DNA from: Acanthaster planci
Lineage: Eukaryota
Length of the DNA stretch: 64,000 bases
Direction: 5' to 3'
NCBI RefSeq assembly: GCF_001949145.1
Contig: NW_019091358.1
Span: 2,536,535 to 2,600,534, forward strand
The notes under the pieces are model-generated. The model was given only the letters and a program-made list of their open reading frames with translations, made no database searches and had not been told where the DNA came from. The translations under genes and the position numbers were made by a program. Positions 25,501 through 37,140 of this stretch are shown here, one piece after another (positions within the stretch are counted from its first letter, which is position 1; each line of letters opens with the position of its first letter).

Positions 25501-26636
25501 ACCAGTTGCCCATCACCATTCCGTGTAACGGATCACAATCTAGAAGAAAGATTCAGGAAACATGATAAAAAAAATGGTTTCCCCGAGAATAATGTCTTTT
25601 GCGCTGATATATATTACAAATTGTTTTTCATACCGCAGCGCTAGTTGGGGGCAAAGGGTCGGGGCCATTGCTGAGCAATTTGGGAATTGCAGATGGACAA
25701 CGAACACGAAGTCTCCTGCTCCTTTTTTCTGATGGGATTGAAAAAGACAGTGTCCTTAGTATCCCAAAGTGGCCCATTGCCATTTGAAATTGTCACACAT
25801 CTTCAATGGCATTATGATGCGAGTGTGTTTGCACGGTAATTCTGACAACCGGAAGAGAGGGAAGAGAAATATAACAATTGAATAATACTGTTCATTGTTC
25901 GACCACTTAAATTGCTCTTTCTAAATTTTGATCCTTAATTATCCAGAACAAAAAAGGCGAATGCGACAAGGTACTAGAACAGTTGCTATAAGCATTGACT
26001 TCAGACAGTGGCTCAGGAAGATGTTTGGAAACGTCGGAGGTACATGCACCCATATTTTTCCGACTAAATCAGCCATGAGATCCAAAGCTGAGACCTGATA
26101 TAAGAGTCCACAGTTACAGATAGAGATAATACAGCAATTTTGAACCTGACTGATGAAAAGCCTTTTCTGTTAAGGGTCGAAACCATAAATAATCAATGCT
26201 AGAATCCTCAGACTTCTGCACTTTTGCAGAAAACTCAAGCTATCACGCGTTTCAGTGCAACCATTAAATACAATTTAGTGTTTTAAAATAGAGCATTTCT
26301 GCAGTACATTGTGAAACTGTTAGAGTCTACGTTAATATTCACACAGGGAAGAGTAAAATGAAAATTAAAAGGCGGCATTTGAACTTTGACCTTAGAAGTA
26401 TTGTTTATTTCCCCAACGATGACGGATTTTGTTACAATACCTGTCTTTTGACATAAACACATATGAAATGGAATCTTGGCATATATGACAAGATTTCGAA
26501 CTATAGGGCCTACACCAATTCAAATTTATAAGATTTTAAACTTTGCATGATGGATGCTAGACTAAGAGAATTTTTGCGGGTACATCATTGCGAAATCAAT
26601 TTCAAGAGTGCATCTGACAAAACCCTGTGGGTTACG

Positions 26637-26697
26637 CTCGACGTTTCAACCAGGATGCACCTCTCGACAACCAGAACATCCTGGTTGAAACGTCGAG
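26637..26697. repeat. Perfect 21-bp inverted repeat inside a dispersed repeat related to 52441-52660
   Basis: CTCGACGTTTCAACCAGGATG (26637-26657) / CATCCTGGTTGAAACGTCGAG (26677-26697). The downstream 26700-26775 resembles 52585-52655. Confidence 0.75.
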
Positions 26698-27177
26698 TTT
26701 ACACCCACCGTTCTCTTCAGAATCACCACTCTCATAGAAGAGATTGCTTTCAAATGGAGAACTTGCAAACCTTCTCTCAATGAATTAAATTTTCGTTCAT
26801 TTCTTTAGGGTAGATATTATGTTTCTGTAATCACTGCTTGCTGTTATCTTATATTTAAACTATTTAAGTTTATTTTTCACGTTAACATAGGCGACATCTT
26901 TTTCACAGCTACTATCGTGAATATCACCTACAATGGTATACATGAATTTACATATTTACAGCTCCGTTGAAAGTTCTACGAATTTATTTAAACCAAATCT
27001 TTGATCTTACTTGTCAATTACTGTTCGATGAGGTCTGATACATTTATCTTGTTCGTTATTTTTTATGTTTGATTTTCTCCTAAAATAGGACCAGAATGGA
27101 AAACAGAATTGGCATTGTACAGCTAATAGTGATCCGTATGATATATTTTCCTAAATATATTTCAATTTTAATTTTAA

Positions 27178-27780
27178 TTTCTCTCGGAACACTCAACAAT
27201 ACCGACCTTATAGTTTTGCACCAAATACAATTAAGCTATCTTTATAGATGGAGTTTCTCTCGGAACACTCGACAATACCGACCTTATAGTTTTGCACCAA
27301 ATACAATTAAGCTTTCTTTGTAGATGGAATTTCTCTCGGAACACTCGACAACACCGACCTTATAGTTTTGCACCAAATACAATTAAGCTATCTTTATAGA
27401 TGGATTTTCTCTCCGAACACTCGACAATACCGACCTTATAGTTTTGCACCAAATACAATTAAGCTATCTTTATAGATGGAATTTCTCTCGAAACACTCCA
27501 CATACCGACCTTATAGTTTTGCACCAAATACAATTAAGCTATCTTTATAGATGGAATTTCTCTCGGAATACTCGACAATACCGACCTTATAGTTTTGCAC
27601 CAAATACAATTAAGTTATCTTTATAGATGGAATTTCTCTCGGAATACTCAACATACCGACCTTATAGTTTTGCACCAAATACAATTAAGCTATCTTTATA
27701 GATGGAATTTCTCTCGGAACACTCGACAACACCGACCTTAGTTTTTTGCACCAAATACAATTAAGCTTTCTTTATAGATG
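27178..27780. repeat. Minisatellite, about 8 near-identical copies of a 76-bp unit
   Basis: Unit TTTCTCTCGGAACACTCGACAATACCGACCTTATAGTTTTGCACCAAATACAATTAAGCTATCTTTATAGATGGAA; CTCTCGG recurs at 27181, 27257 and 27333 (76-bp spacing). No unique spacers. Confidence 0.97.
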
Positions 27781-28740
27781 AAAATGTGCGACTTAAATGG
27801 ACAATACCACTGGTACCACCTCCGAATTAATTTGGAAAGCAGGGAATGCCAAGGATGTACATGCGTTTAGTATGAAACCACTTGATACATGCACCGCACA
27901 TAAAGGTAAGGTGGTCCTAAACTATTATAGTTATCGGGCGCACCCATGACAGCTTTCTATTCAGACATGAACATTTTCTGGAACTATAAGTGAAGAGGGA
28001 TTAAGACATGGCTTTTTAATGCACACAGCGCCGCGCTGTCAAGTTGTGTTCTGAGCTGAGGATATTTCCTACATTTAACTGTAAATCGTCAAAAGGTACA
28101 TTTGGAAAAGGGACATTTTTTTAACGACGGTGGGATAAACTTTGGAATTTTAGTAGGTGAAGGTCCCAGACTTGGTCCCAGTTCCATCAGCTGCACTGGC
28201 TTAAAGCTGAGTTGGAAATTGAGGGGATGGGGAAAGGGGGGGTTGACTTGCCTGGTCATGGAAAATTGAAAAGCGGGAAGGCAGCACCATGTATACTATA
28301 CTGGGGGCGATGTTCGTGATAAAGATGTGCAACAGTAATATGTATCCATTCATGTAAAATCTTACACCACAATGGCATATTTAAGGCTTTTAAAATTACT
28401 TTCCCTTTTTAGTGATATTGCTAACATTTTAGTCGTCAGGAAATATTGTAAACTCATCACAAAAATGTGGGGGGACGATTCAATAGCCCATCCCCCACCT
28501 CATAAAGTGGGGGATATTTCCCCCTCCGGATTTGCACCCATGATCAGCTGAGACAAAAGCTGCTAAGGTGGCTATAGAATATGGGAGAGAGGTGGGAAAC
28601 ATGTCCGCGATCTGCCGGGCACAGCCTATGTAATACATCTTCAAGTTGACCTAACCTGACAGCTCGTGGTGGTATTCAGTTCACTCAAATTATTTTTCTT
28701 CGTACGTGTATGTTGTTTTTTTTTTGTTTATGAAAGTGAC

Positions 28741-31700
28741 TCAAAACCGAAGTTTTTTGGTGACATTTCTTAACGAGGGGGGCAAGTCACCCGATCCGCA
28801 CAATGCTGGGTTGCCAGTCACGATCACGTCAGTCAGTATGTGCATGCTACCTACAGGCAACGTAATATGCGCAATATCTTCAATCTGCAACGAGCATCTG
28901 CTTAGGTTAAGTGTCTTTAAGTATATCATTTGTGGCAAGTGGAGAGACCACGATTTAGCAGATCCACCCAGTGCTGTGTTGCATACAAGGATCAAGTCGG
29001 TCAGTGCGGGCATATCACCTACAGCTGAGGCAATGTACTCCATATCTTCAACCTCCAAAGAGCAACAGGTCAGGTCAAGCGTCTGTAAGCGCCGCATTTT
29101 CTGCAGGTGGCGCGACCACGATTTGGCTGATCCACCTAATGCTGTATTTTCTGCAAGGTTCAAGTCACTCAGCCTATGTATAGTACCTGTAGATGAGGCA
29201 ATGTGCTCAATGTCTTTCCCCTCCAGTGAGCAGTTGCTCAAGTTCAGGGTCTGTATGTAAGTCACTTGCGGCATATGACGGGCCCACGTTTCGGTCGATC
29301 CTCCCAATGTTGTGTTGTTAGCCAGGATCAATAGGCCTACAGTCATTCTGGGCATCTTGGTTGCATATGAGGCAATGTGTTTGACAGCTGTCCCCATCAA
29401 GGAGCAACTGCTCAGGTTCAATGTCTTTATGTGTTGTATTTGCTGTAAATAGGGAGACCACAACTCAAAGGATCTGCCTAATGCTCTGTTACCAGCAAGG
29501 ATTAAGTTGGCCAGTACAGGCACGTCACGTACTGAAGAGAAAATGTGTTCAACGTCTCTCCATACCAGTGCACACTTGCTTAGGTCAAGCGTCTCTATGT
29601 GCTCCATTTCCCTCAAGGAGCGAGCCCACAATCCTGCCAATCCGCCGAGCGCTGTGTTGCCTGCAAGAATCAAGTCAGTCAGTCCAGACATGTCTCTTAC
29701 AGACCCTGAAATGTGTTGGACAGCTGTCCACCGCAATGAACAATTGCTGAGATTCAGCGTCTGGATGTGCCGCATATGCGGTAAGTGCTGCAACCACGAG
29801 TTGGTCAATCGGCTTAATGTTGTGTTGTCGCCAAGGATCAACTCTGCAAGTCTGGGCATGTCGCCTACTGACGAGGCAATATGTGTCATGTCTGTACTTT
29901 GGAGAGAGCAATTGCTTAGGTTCAGCGTCCTTAGATGCTTCATTCGCAGTAAGTAGTCGGACCATGAGTCAGCGGATCCACCCAAAGATTTGTTACCAGT
30001 GAGAATTAAGACAGTCAGTCCAGGCATGGTACCTACAGATAAGGCAATGTCTGCAATGTCTTTACTTTTGAGGAAGATGTTGCTTAAATTAAGCGTTCGC
30101 ATTTGCTTCATTCGAAGGAAGTACCGGGACCATATGTCAGCTGATCCGCCCAAAGCTGCGTTGCCAGCAAAGATTAAGCCAGTTAGTCCTCACATATCAC
30201 CTACAGATGAAGCTATGTGTGTAATGTCTTTACTCTGCAGTGAGCAATAGCTCACGTCCAACGTTTTCACTTGCGTCATTCGCGGCAAGTAGCGAGACCA
30301 CGTGAGGGCGGATCCGCCCAGTGCTGTGTTGCCAGCAAGGATCAAGTCAGTCAATCTGAGCATGCTGCCTGCAGACGAAGCAATGTGCTCAACATCTGTG
30401 CACTGCAGTGAGCAGTTTGTCAAGTTCAGCAATTTTATGTGACGCATTTGTGACAGGGAATGAGACCACAAATCAGCTGTTCCACCCAATGCTGAGTTGC
30501 CCGAAAGGATCAAGTTGGCTAGCCGGGGATTATTTCCTGTATTTAAGGCAATGTGTTCAATGTCTTCAACTTGCAACAAACAATTGCTCAAGTTTAGCGT
30601 CTGTATGTACCGCATCTCTAGTATGTGATGTGACCACGATCTAGCCGACCCGCCTAGTGCTATGTTGCCGCCATGGATCAAGTTAGTCAGTTCGGGCATG
30701 GTACCTGTAGATGAGGCAATGTGGTGTACATCTACTCCTTCCAGTGAGCAATAGCCCAGGTTTAGCGTCTGTATGTGCGTCATTTGAGGCAAGTAGCCGG
30801 ACCACTTTTCCGCCGATCCACCTAATGCTGTATTATCGACAAGGATCAAGTCCGTCAGTCCGGTCAAGTCAGCTACAGAGGATGCAATGTGTTCGACATC
30901 TGTCCATTGCAATGAGCAGCTGCTCAGGTTAAGCGTCTGCATGTGTCGCATTTGCTTTAAGAAGCGCAGCCACGAGTTGGAAGATCTGCCCAGTTCTTTA
31001 TTATCAGCAAGGATCAAGCCAGTCAGTCCGGGCATGTCACTTAAAACCGAGGCAACGTGTTCAAAGGTGGTCATTTGAAAGGAGCAGCTACTGAGGTTCA
31101 GCGTCTCTATGTGGTGCATTTGTCGCAGGTAGCGCGACCACAATTTAGCCGATCTGCCTAGTGCTGGGTTGTCGGCAAGGATTAAGTCAGTCAGTCTTGG
31201 CATGTCACCTAAGGCCGCGGCAATGTGCTTAACAGCTTTCCATTCGAATGAACAATTGCTGAGGTTCAACATCTGTATGTAACTATATCTGGCAGATGGC
31301 ACGACCACAAGTTAGCTGATCCGCCCAGTGCTGTGTTGTCAGCAAGGATCAAGTCTGTCAGTCTTGGCATGTCACCTACTGATGAGGCGATGTGTGCGAT
31401 GTCTTCACTCTGCAGTGAGCAGTTGCTAAGATTAAGGGTTCGTATTTGCTTCATTTGCAGCAAGTACGAAGACCATGAATCGGCCGACCCACCCAAAGTT
31501 GTGTTGCCAGCAAGGATCAAGAGAGACAGTCCGGGCGTATCACTCACAGATGAGGCGACATGTGCAATGTCTTTACTCTGCATGGAGCACTTGCAGAGGT
31601 TCAGCGTCCGTACATGCTTCGAATTCATATGCCACACGACACTGAACGAGTGATCCGATCGGCCCAATGTCGTGTTGTCTGCGAAGATCAAGTCGGTTAG

Positions 31701-33972
31701 TCTGTGCAAGTCAGCTACAGACAGGACAATGTGTTCAACGTCCGTCCATTGCAATGAGCAGTTGCTTAGGTTCAGCGTATTTAGGTACGTAAGTCGTCGC
31801 AAGTGGCGGGACCACAGATCAGCCGATCCGCCCAGTGATGTGTTACCGGCAAGGATTAAGTCAGTCAGGTGGCGCATGCCGCCTACACACCAAGCAATGT
31901 GTTCAAGATCTGTACTCTGCAACGAGCAATTGCTGAGGTTCAGCGTCTGTAGGCGCGTCATTCGCGGTAAGTAGCGTGACCACGTGTGAGCCGATCCGCC
32001 CAATGCTGTGTTGCCTGTAAGAATAAAGTCAGTCAGTCCAACCTTACTCCCTACAGAAGAAGCAATGTGCTCAATGTCCGTGCCATGCAGACTGCAGCTT
32101 GTTAGTTCTAGCATGTTTAGTTTTGTTAAGTGCCTGACCAGGGGGCCCACGCCTCTGCTCGACCTCCAGATGTATTGTATTGTCGCCATCTACGCATAGT
32201 TTGGTCAGGACTTTGTTGTTTTTCAGAGACGACAAAATTTTCTGAAGATTCACTAAATGACCTCTTATAAGCTGCATGTCCGTGAGATTTTCCATGTAGC
32301 CAACGGCGATAGCTAATCCAGTGACCGAAGATGCCGCCGACACAGAAATTGTTCGGACGTGTGCTAGCTGCGCTGCGCAGTTGCCTGACCTACAGACGAC
32401 TTCGAGCAGGTACACAAGACTGCGGAAATCATTACTGTTGCTCACATCGATTTTCGACGGGATATTTGAGTCGCTGGTGAGACAACGGGGAGCTTTGTTG
32501 GACTGGCTTTCAAAAAAGCAATTACGACTGATCGTTTGTATGATGCTTGATTGGTACTTGGGTTGATTTGGGTTCTTCTTGAAAGAACGGTCCAGATGGT
32601 TTATGATGACACTCATGCACTTCTCATTATCACCACAACAAAAACGAAAGAGAAACTCATTTGAAACAACGGCATTAATCGTGCAACAAAGGTGCTGCAA
32701 ACTGTCAAGGAATTTTCCCCGCTGCACATGAAGCATACATAAAATACGCTTGAACACTCCCTGGTTTGATATGTGTAAACTCTGCAGATATTTCGCAGCG
32801 CAGTATTCCTGCATCGTCCTGTGCGTGAATTCTATGCTGTTGCGGGACTTTGCCGGTTTACGACGCCTGCCTTCAGTGCCAGGTCTAGCGCATTTGGTGC
32901 AAACTCGTCGACTTGAAATGAAAATTTCTGGTCAGTGTCCCTTAGTCTACGCAGCGCAGCTTCTCCTATTGTAATTAATACTCGTGCCACGTCCTCCTTA
33001 GATAGATCTGCTTTTCTTTCAAAAATGTAAGCAACTGCATCATCGAAAAGACGCGACGTTGTCTCTGGAAGCTTTTGACTTTCCCTCCACAATAAACACA
33101 TCAGAAAGAGCAGCATTGGAATCTTGGCCAAATCGCTCAGTGCGTTTGAACTGCTGATGGCTTCAATTAATGCATTACCGTTGTCGATCCTGTTTTGGTG
33201 AAATTTGTGAACGTACACAACCTCTACGTGTGTGCGAGGATTTTGTACCAAAGACTTTGACATCAGTCTGTCGAGATGGGAGGGGCGGGTTGATACACAG
33301 AATCCCGGTATTTTGTTCTATTCAGGGCTTTAAGGATGGAACCAAACGAGGCTGCATCGAACGATTTGGTCCTCATTTCGTCAAAGCCGTCTAAAAGAAT
33401 CAGGACCTCGTTTTTGTGTGCCAGAATGAATTGATCAATGTTCTTTCTTGATATTTCTGAATCTTCATCAAGGAGTTGATCAACGACTGCGCCATCCAGA
33501 TCAGAATATTGGAATAGGGCGTACATCTTCAATGAAATGACAAGCTTGAATCTTTTGAGCTCTTTACTTATCTGATCGGCCCAGTCGTATGCAATCTTAT
33601 CGAAAATGGTAGACTTTCCAACACCACCTGTGCCAACAAATATTAGTCGTTTGATAAGATCCCCACTTCTGGTCTTTGTTCCAAAAATTTGACCATACTC
33701 AGTGGAACTTATGATTTGTATCCTTCCCTGGTCTCTACTTGTAATAACGACTACTCCGTCTCGTGTTCTTAATAGCACTTTGGTGTATATCCCCGCAATA
33801 TGCATTTGATCATCATCAACCCTTAGCATTAACTGCACATAACTACCCGTTGTCTTGTACACTTCCTTCAGTGCTTCCATGATCTTATTTCCGATCTCTA
33901 GCAGGGAGTCCCTCAACTTCAGCTCATGGTCTGGTCCTCGTTCACAGTGAGTACTTGTTGGATTAATTCCTT
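28741..33972 (-). pseudogene. NACHT-LRR (NLR-family) immune receptor, single large exon, disrupted by frameshifts and an in-frame stop
   Basis: Walker A 'LIFVGTGGVGKST', Walker B 'VLILLDGFDE', sensor-1 'VSTRP' (across a shift near 33295), 'LAKIPMLLFLMCLLW', winged-helix 'IEFTHRTMQEYCAA' (across a shift near 32850), then about 20 copies of a 168-nt/56-aa double LRR. Further lesions at about 32140-32175 and 31288, plus TGA at 30190-30192. Acceptor TTTCATCTCATGCAG ends at 33973. Confidence 0.88.
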
Positions 33973-34043
33973 CTGCATGAGATGAAACAAGAAAAGTGTG
34001 AAACAAGGAAAGTGTATTTTTTTTACTAAATCAGTCGAAAACA

Positions 34044-34211
34044 CTGGCGATTCACAATAGTGCGCCTCCAAGTGTTTGCAACGCGTTGACCAATCACAAT
34101 GTGCGAAATCTGTCGACCCAATGCGCGTTCGGAAAGGGTCGACAGATTTCGCGCATTGTGATTGGTCAACGTGTAACAAACTCTTGGAGGCGCACTATTG
34201 TGAAATGCCGG
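34044..34211. mobile_element. Palindromic MITE (about 168 bp), same family as 57127-57267
   Basis: Arms GGCGATTCACAATAGTGCGCCTCCAAG...GAAATCTGTCGACCC and GGGTCGACAGATTTC...CTTGGAGGCGCACTATTGTGAAATGCC; TA at the right end. Confidence 0.85.
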
Positions 34212-36199
34212 TATTGGTAACTTTGAAATCACATACTCCCTTTGTTGATATGGAGCTCTCTCAAAACGCAACGCAAGCTAATGTTTCCCCAGAGAGCGAG
34301 AGTTTTAAAAGTCCGTATCCGGAGCTTGGAGACACAAGGGCTCGTTTGTGTATATTTGTGGTCTTTGTTTCTAATTCACTAAATGATTTAAAGTATACCG
34401 GTGATAATATAGCATCCCACCTATTTTTTCTCTCTCTGTTGGGGGAAACGGAGCATATTTTCTGTGCCTTTTTTCCGTACTTCATCAGTCACCTTTTTGG
34501 TTCTTATTTATTACAACTGATGACAAAGAGTCCTTGTCTGTACCGTTGTTCCACAAGACCATGCATGATCTACGGAATTCCATATCTGCCGCCGCCCGTC
34601 GCGCGTCGCCCGTCGTGCGTGTTTTTTTTCACGCTTGCGCAGTTTAACTTTGACACTTGATCGTTTCACACATGTACTTGTTCGATCGATTCACCATGCC
34701 TGCTTCTCATTTTAGCAGTAGAACTAGAAAATGTATTCGTTTATGCAGTTGCGCCGAACTCCACTTGAAAGAAGAAATAATATCCTTTCATTTTTAAAGA
34801 CTGGCATCGGTAAAGTGACGTGTATATGAAATAATACCATTTTTTGGTTACATAAATAAATTTAAAAAATAGACTTTTGTTAGGGTAGATTGTTTTTCTC
34901 GATACCTTAGTTATTCTAGACGTAACTTTACTCTTTAACGGCCTGACGTTAGCGTCTATAGCCTATGTAATATTTCTGTCTGTCCCTGCACGATATCCCA
35001 CAGAACGGAATGTAAATAATAAATTATTAACAATGTTTGATTCCTTAGTAGTTTTCATAAGAGACGAACTGATTCAACATTATTTTGAGGGTGGGTATAC
35101 CTATGATGTAATCTGCTGTATACTCCAAATTAGACATAACTTGAGTTGCAGGTAGGCTCATAGAAGTCNNNNNNNNNNNNNNNNNNNNNNNNNNNNNNNN
35201 NNNNNNNNNNNNNNNNACTTAAACCAAGTGGTAATTGCCCCCTAACAATACATTTAATAAACAGTTGGTTATCCACAGCGCTGTCCAGTATTTCTTAATT
35301 TCAAGGTGAAATTGAGAGGACAAAATGGAATACCAGTATCGGTTGGCATATTTCTTTCTGGAATTTGATGAACAAGTATGGGCCCCCCCCCAAAAAAAAA
35401 TTGCCAGTGCCCCCAGGTGCCCCCCCCCAAAAAAAGGATGAATGGATATTGAACAAGGCTAACAAAAGCTTGCCCCAAAAGCAACACCTCTGAAAGCCGG
35501 TACCCCCCTCCCAAGATGCTGGTGCCCCCCCCCCTCCACTAGTAAAATCCTAGTCACTGGTTACAGATGCTGATGAATAGGATCAAAACGAACTATTTAC
35601 AATGTCTCCAGTGTAGTTTCGTAGTGTCGCCACGCCGCTCAACAAGCGACAACGGGTATTCGCTGTGGTGTCGCGTCGTGTCTTGATGCGTCGTCAGCCC
35701 ACCTTTCGTCTCATCTATCTTGCAACTTCTTGTGCCTATGGGTCGTTCCTTCCAATACCACCATCATGATAAAAATCCTTTAAAAAGCGGAAAAATACTT
35801 TATGTTTAAAGAAACTTCTCTGCAAGAAATGCCACAAAAAGTATATCCTTCAGCCACCGGCTGTGCTTCCGGCGAAGACATAGGCGATACACAATGCGAT
35901 GCATTACGTACGTCAGGCGCATTTTGGTGATCACCGTCCTTTCTAAATTGCAGATTTCTGTGTTCTCTTATTCTCGACACTCACAGATGTCCGTAGTGAG
36001 CATTAGGCACACAACAAGCAAATTTAATTCGGCGTTTTACAGGTAAATTCATTCGAGACTGAAACACGTACTGTCACGCAAATGCGAATATGTTCACTTG
36101 TCGGCAGTCTGTACAGTATCCGCCCCGAGCTGAAGTGCACCCCCAATCAGCGAAAAGAAAGACAGGTGGTAATAAGTGAGTTCTTGCACGCGTTCAGCG

Positions 36200-36360
36200 T
36201 GTCCGCAAGACCGGAATCCGGTTCGTAAGTGTGACGTCACTTCAGTTTAAACCACGTCCACTGCACACGTGCACTGCACATAGGGTTACATGCATTGACC
36301 GCCGGTTTCCATGGAACCGGAAGTTAACGCGCACCTTCAGCGATTGTCCAATGAGAGCCT
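36200..36360. promoter_or_regulatory. CpG-rich promoter-like element, possibly bidirectional
   Basis: CRE palindrome GTGACGTCAC at 36231-36240; RFX X-box-like CCGGTTTCCATGGAACCGG at 36302-36320; ETS CCGGAAGT at 36317-36324; CCAAT at 36348-36352; GTGAGT donors pointing outward on both strands. Confidence 0.5.
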
Positions 36361-36689
36361 GCAAATTGTGGCGCTCCTGCCTTTGTGACGAAGTCACTTA
36401 CGAACGGGATACCGGACCTCGTGGCACGCCTGTGTGGTGAGTTCCAAAAAAACATGCCCTCTTTTCTTCCGCTCGGAGAAGATAGGTATGTGGTAAAAAA
36501 AAAAGAGAAAAAAAATGATCTGACAAAGCCAAAAGGGGACCTTGATGTTGTCCACGTTCGTTCCTCATCAAAATGTATTTTCTTTTTAATACTTAAATTC
36601 TGTAAAGTATCTCAGTCTGTGAGTGGTAGTCCCTACTTCATCTTGTGCGGACGTCCAGAGAAGCCTGGTTTACAAAAAAAACCGCTGCA

Positions 36690-37140
36690 GCACGCCTTTT
36701 TCAGTCCAGCTTAGCTCCATCCGCTGACTTCTCATCGTGTTTGCATCTGTGGTGCCCTTGCGGACGATCTGACGTCGGGCATCTCAGGTTCTCGACCTGT
36801 AGTATCTCCCAGCTGATGTCTGGAGAGATATTGCAGGTTTTCAGGTCTGTCTTGATGGTGTCCATGAATCAAAGTGAGCTGGCAACCCACTCGTCTGGTG
36901 CTCGTGGCTAGGTGCCCGTGCAGGATATCCTTTGGTAGCCTCACATGATCTTCCATAGTACGTCGGACTGTGTCTCGGCCATATCGAAGGTGGCGTCGGC
37001 TGCGTAGGTAGTGCACCGTGCGCTGCAGGATATTGGTTCTGTAAGCTGATTCCGAGGATGCGCTTGAGGCATACCGCATGTGGAAGGAGTTGAGCCTGTG
37101 CTCTTGCCTCGTGTTAGTGGTCCCGGATTTGCTACCAAAT
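36690..37140 (-). mobile_element. RTE-clade-like LINE, 3' fragment of the RT ORF (decayed)
   Basis: Minus-strand translation 'VRRTMEDHVRLPKDILHGHLATSTRRVGCQL' resembles the RTE/BovB C-terminal 'RMxDxRLPKxILYGEL..G.R..G' motif; upstream frames are broken. Confidence 0.75.

Noticed and set aside
27178..27780. CRISPR-like appearance of regularly spaced repeats
   Set aside because: Units are contiguous and near-identical with no unique spacers; eukaryotic context and no cas genes.
30190..30192. In-frame TGA as selenocysteine or programmed readthrough
   Set aside because: The position is Pro, Ser or Arg in sibling repeats, not Cys; the gene has several other lesions; no SECIS recognised.
28706..32566. 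Several plus-strand ORFs (up to 184 aa) over the NLR
   Set aside because: Antisense shadows of the periodic LRR coding sequence; no independent protein features.
34076..34660. 194-aa plus-strand ORF and mirrored minus-strand ORFs
   Set aside because: Begins inside the palindromic MITE, which explains similar peptides on both strands; no recognisable domain.
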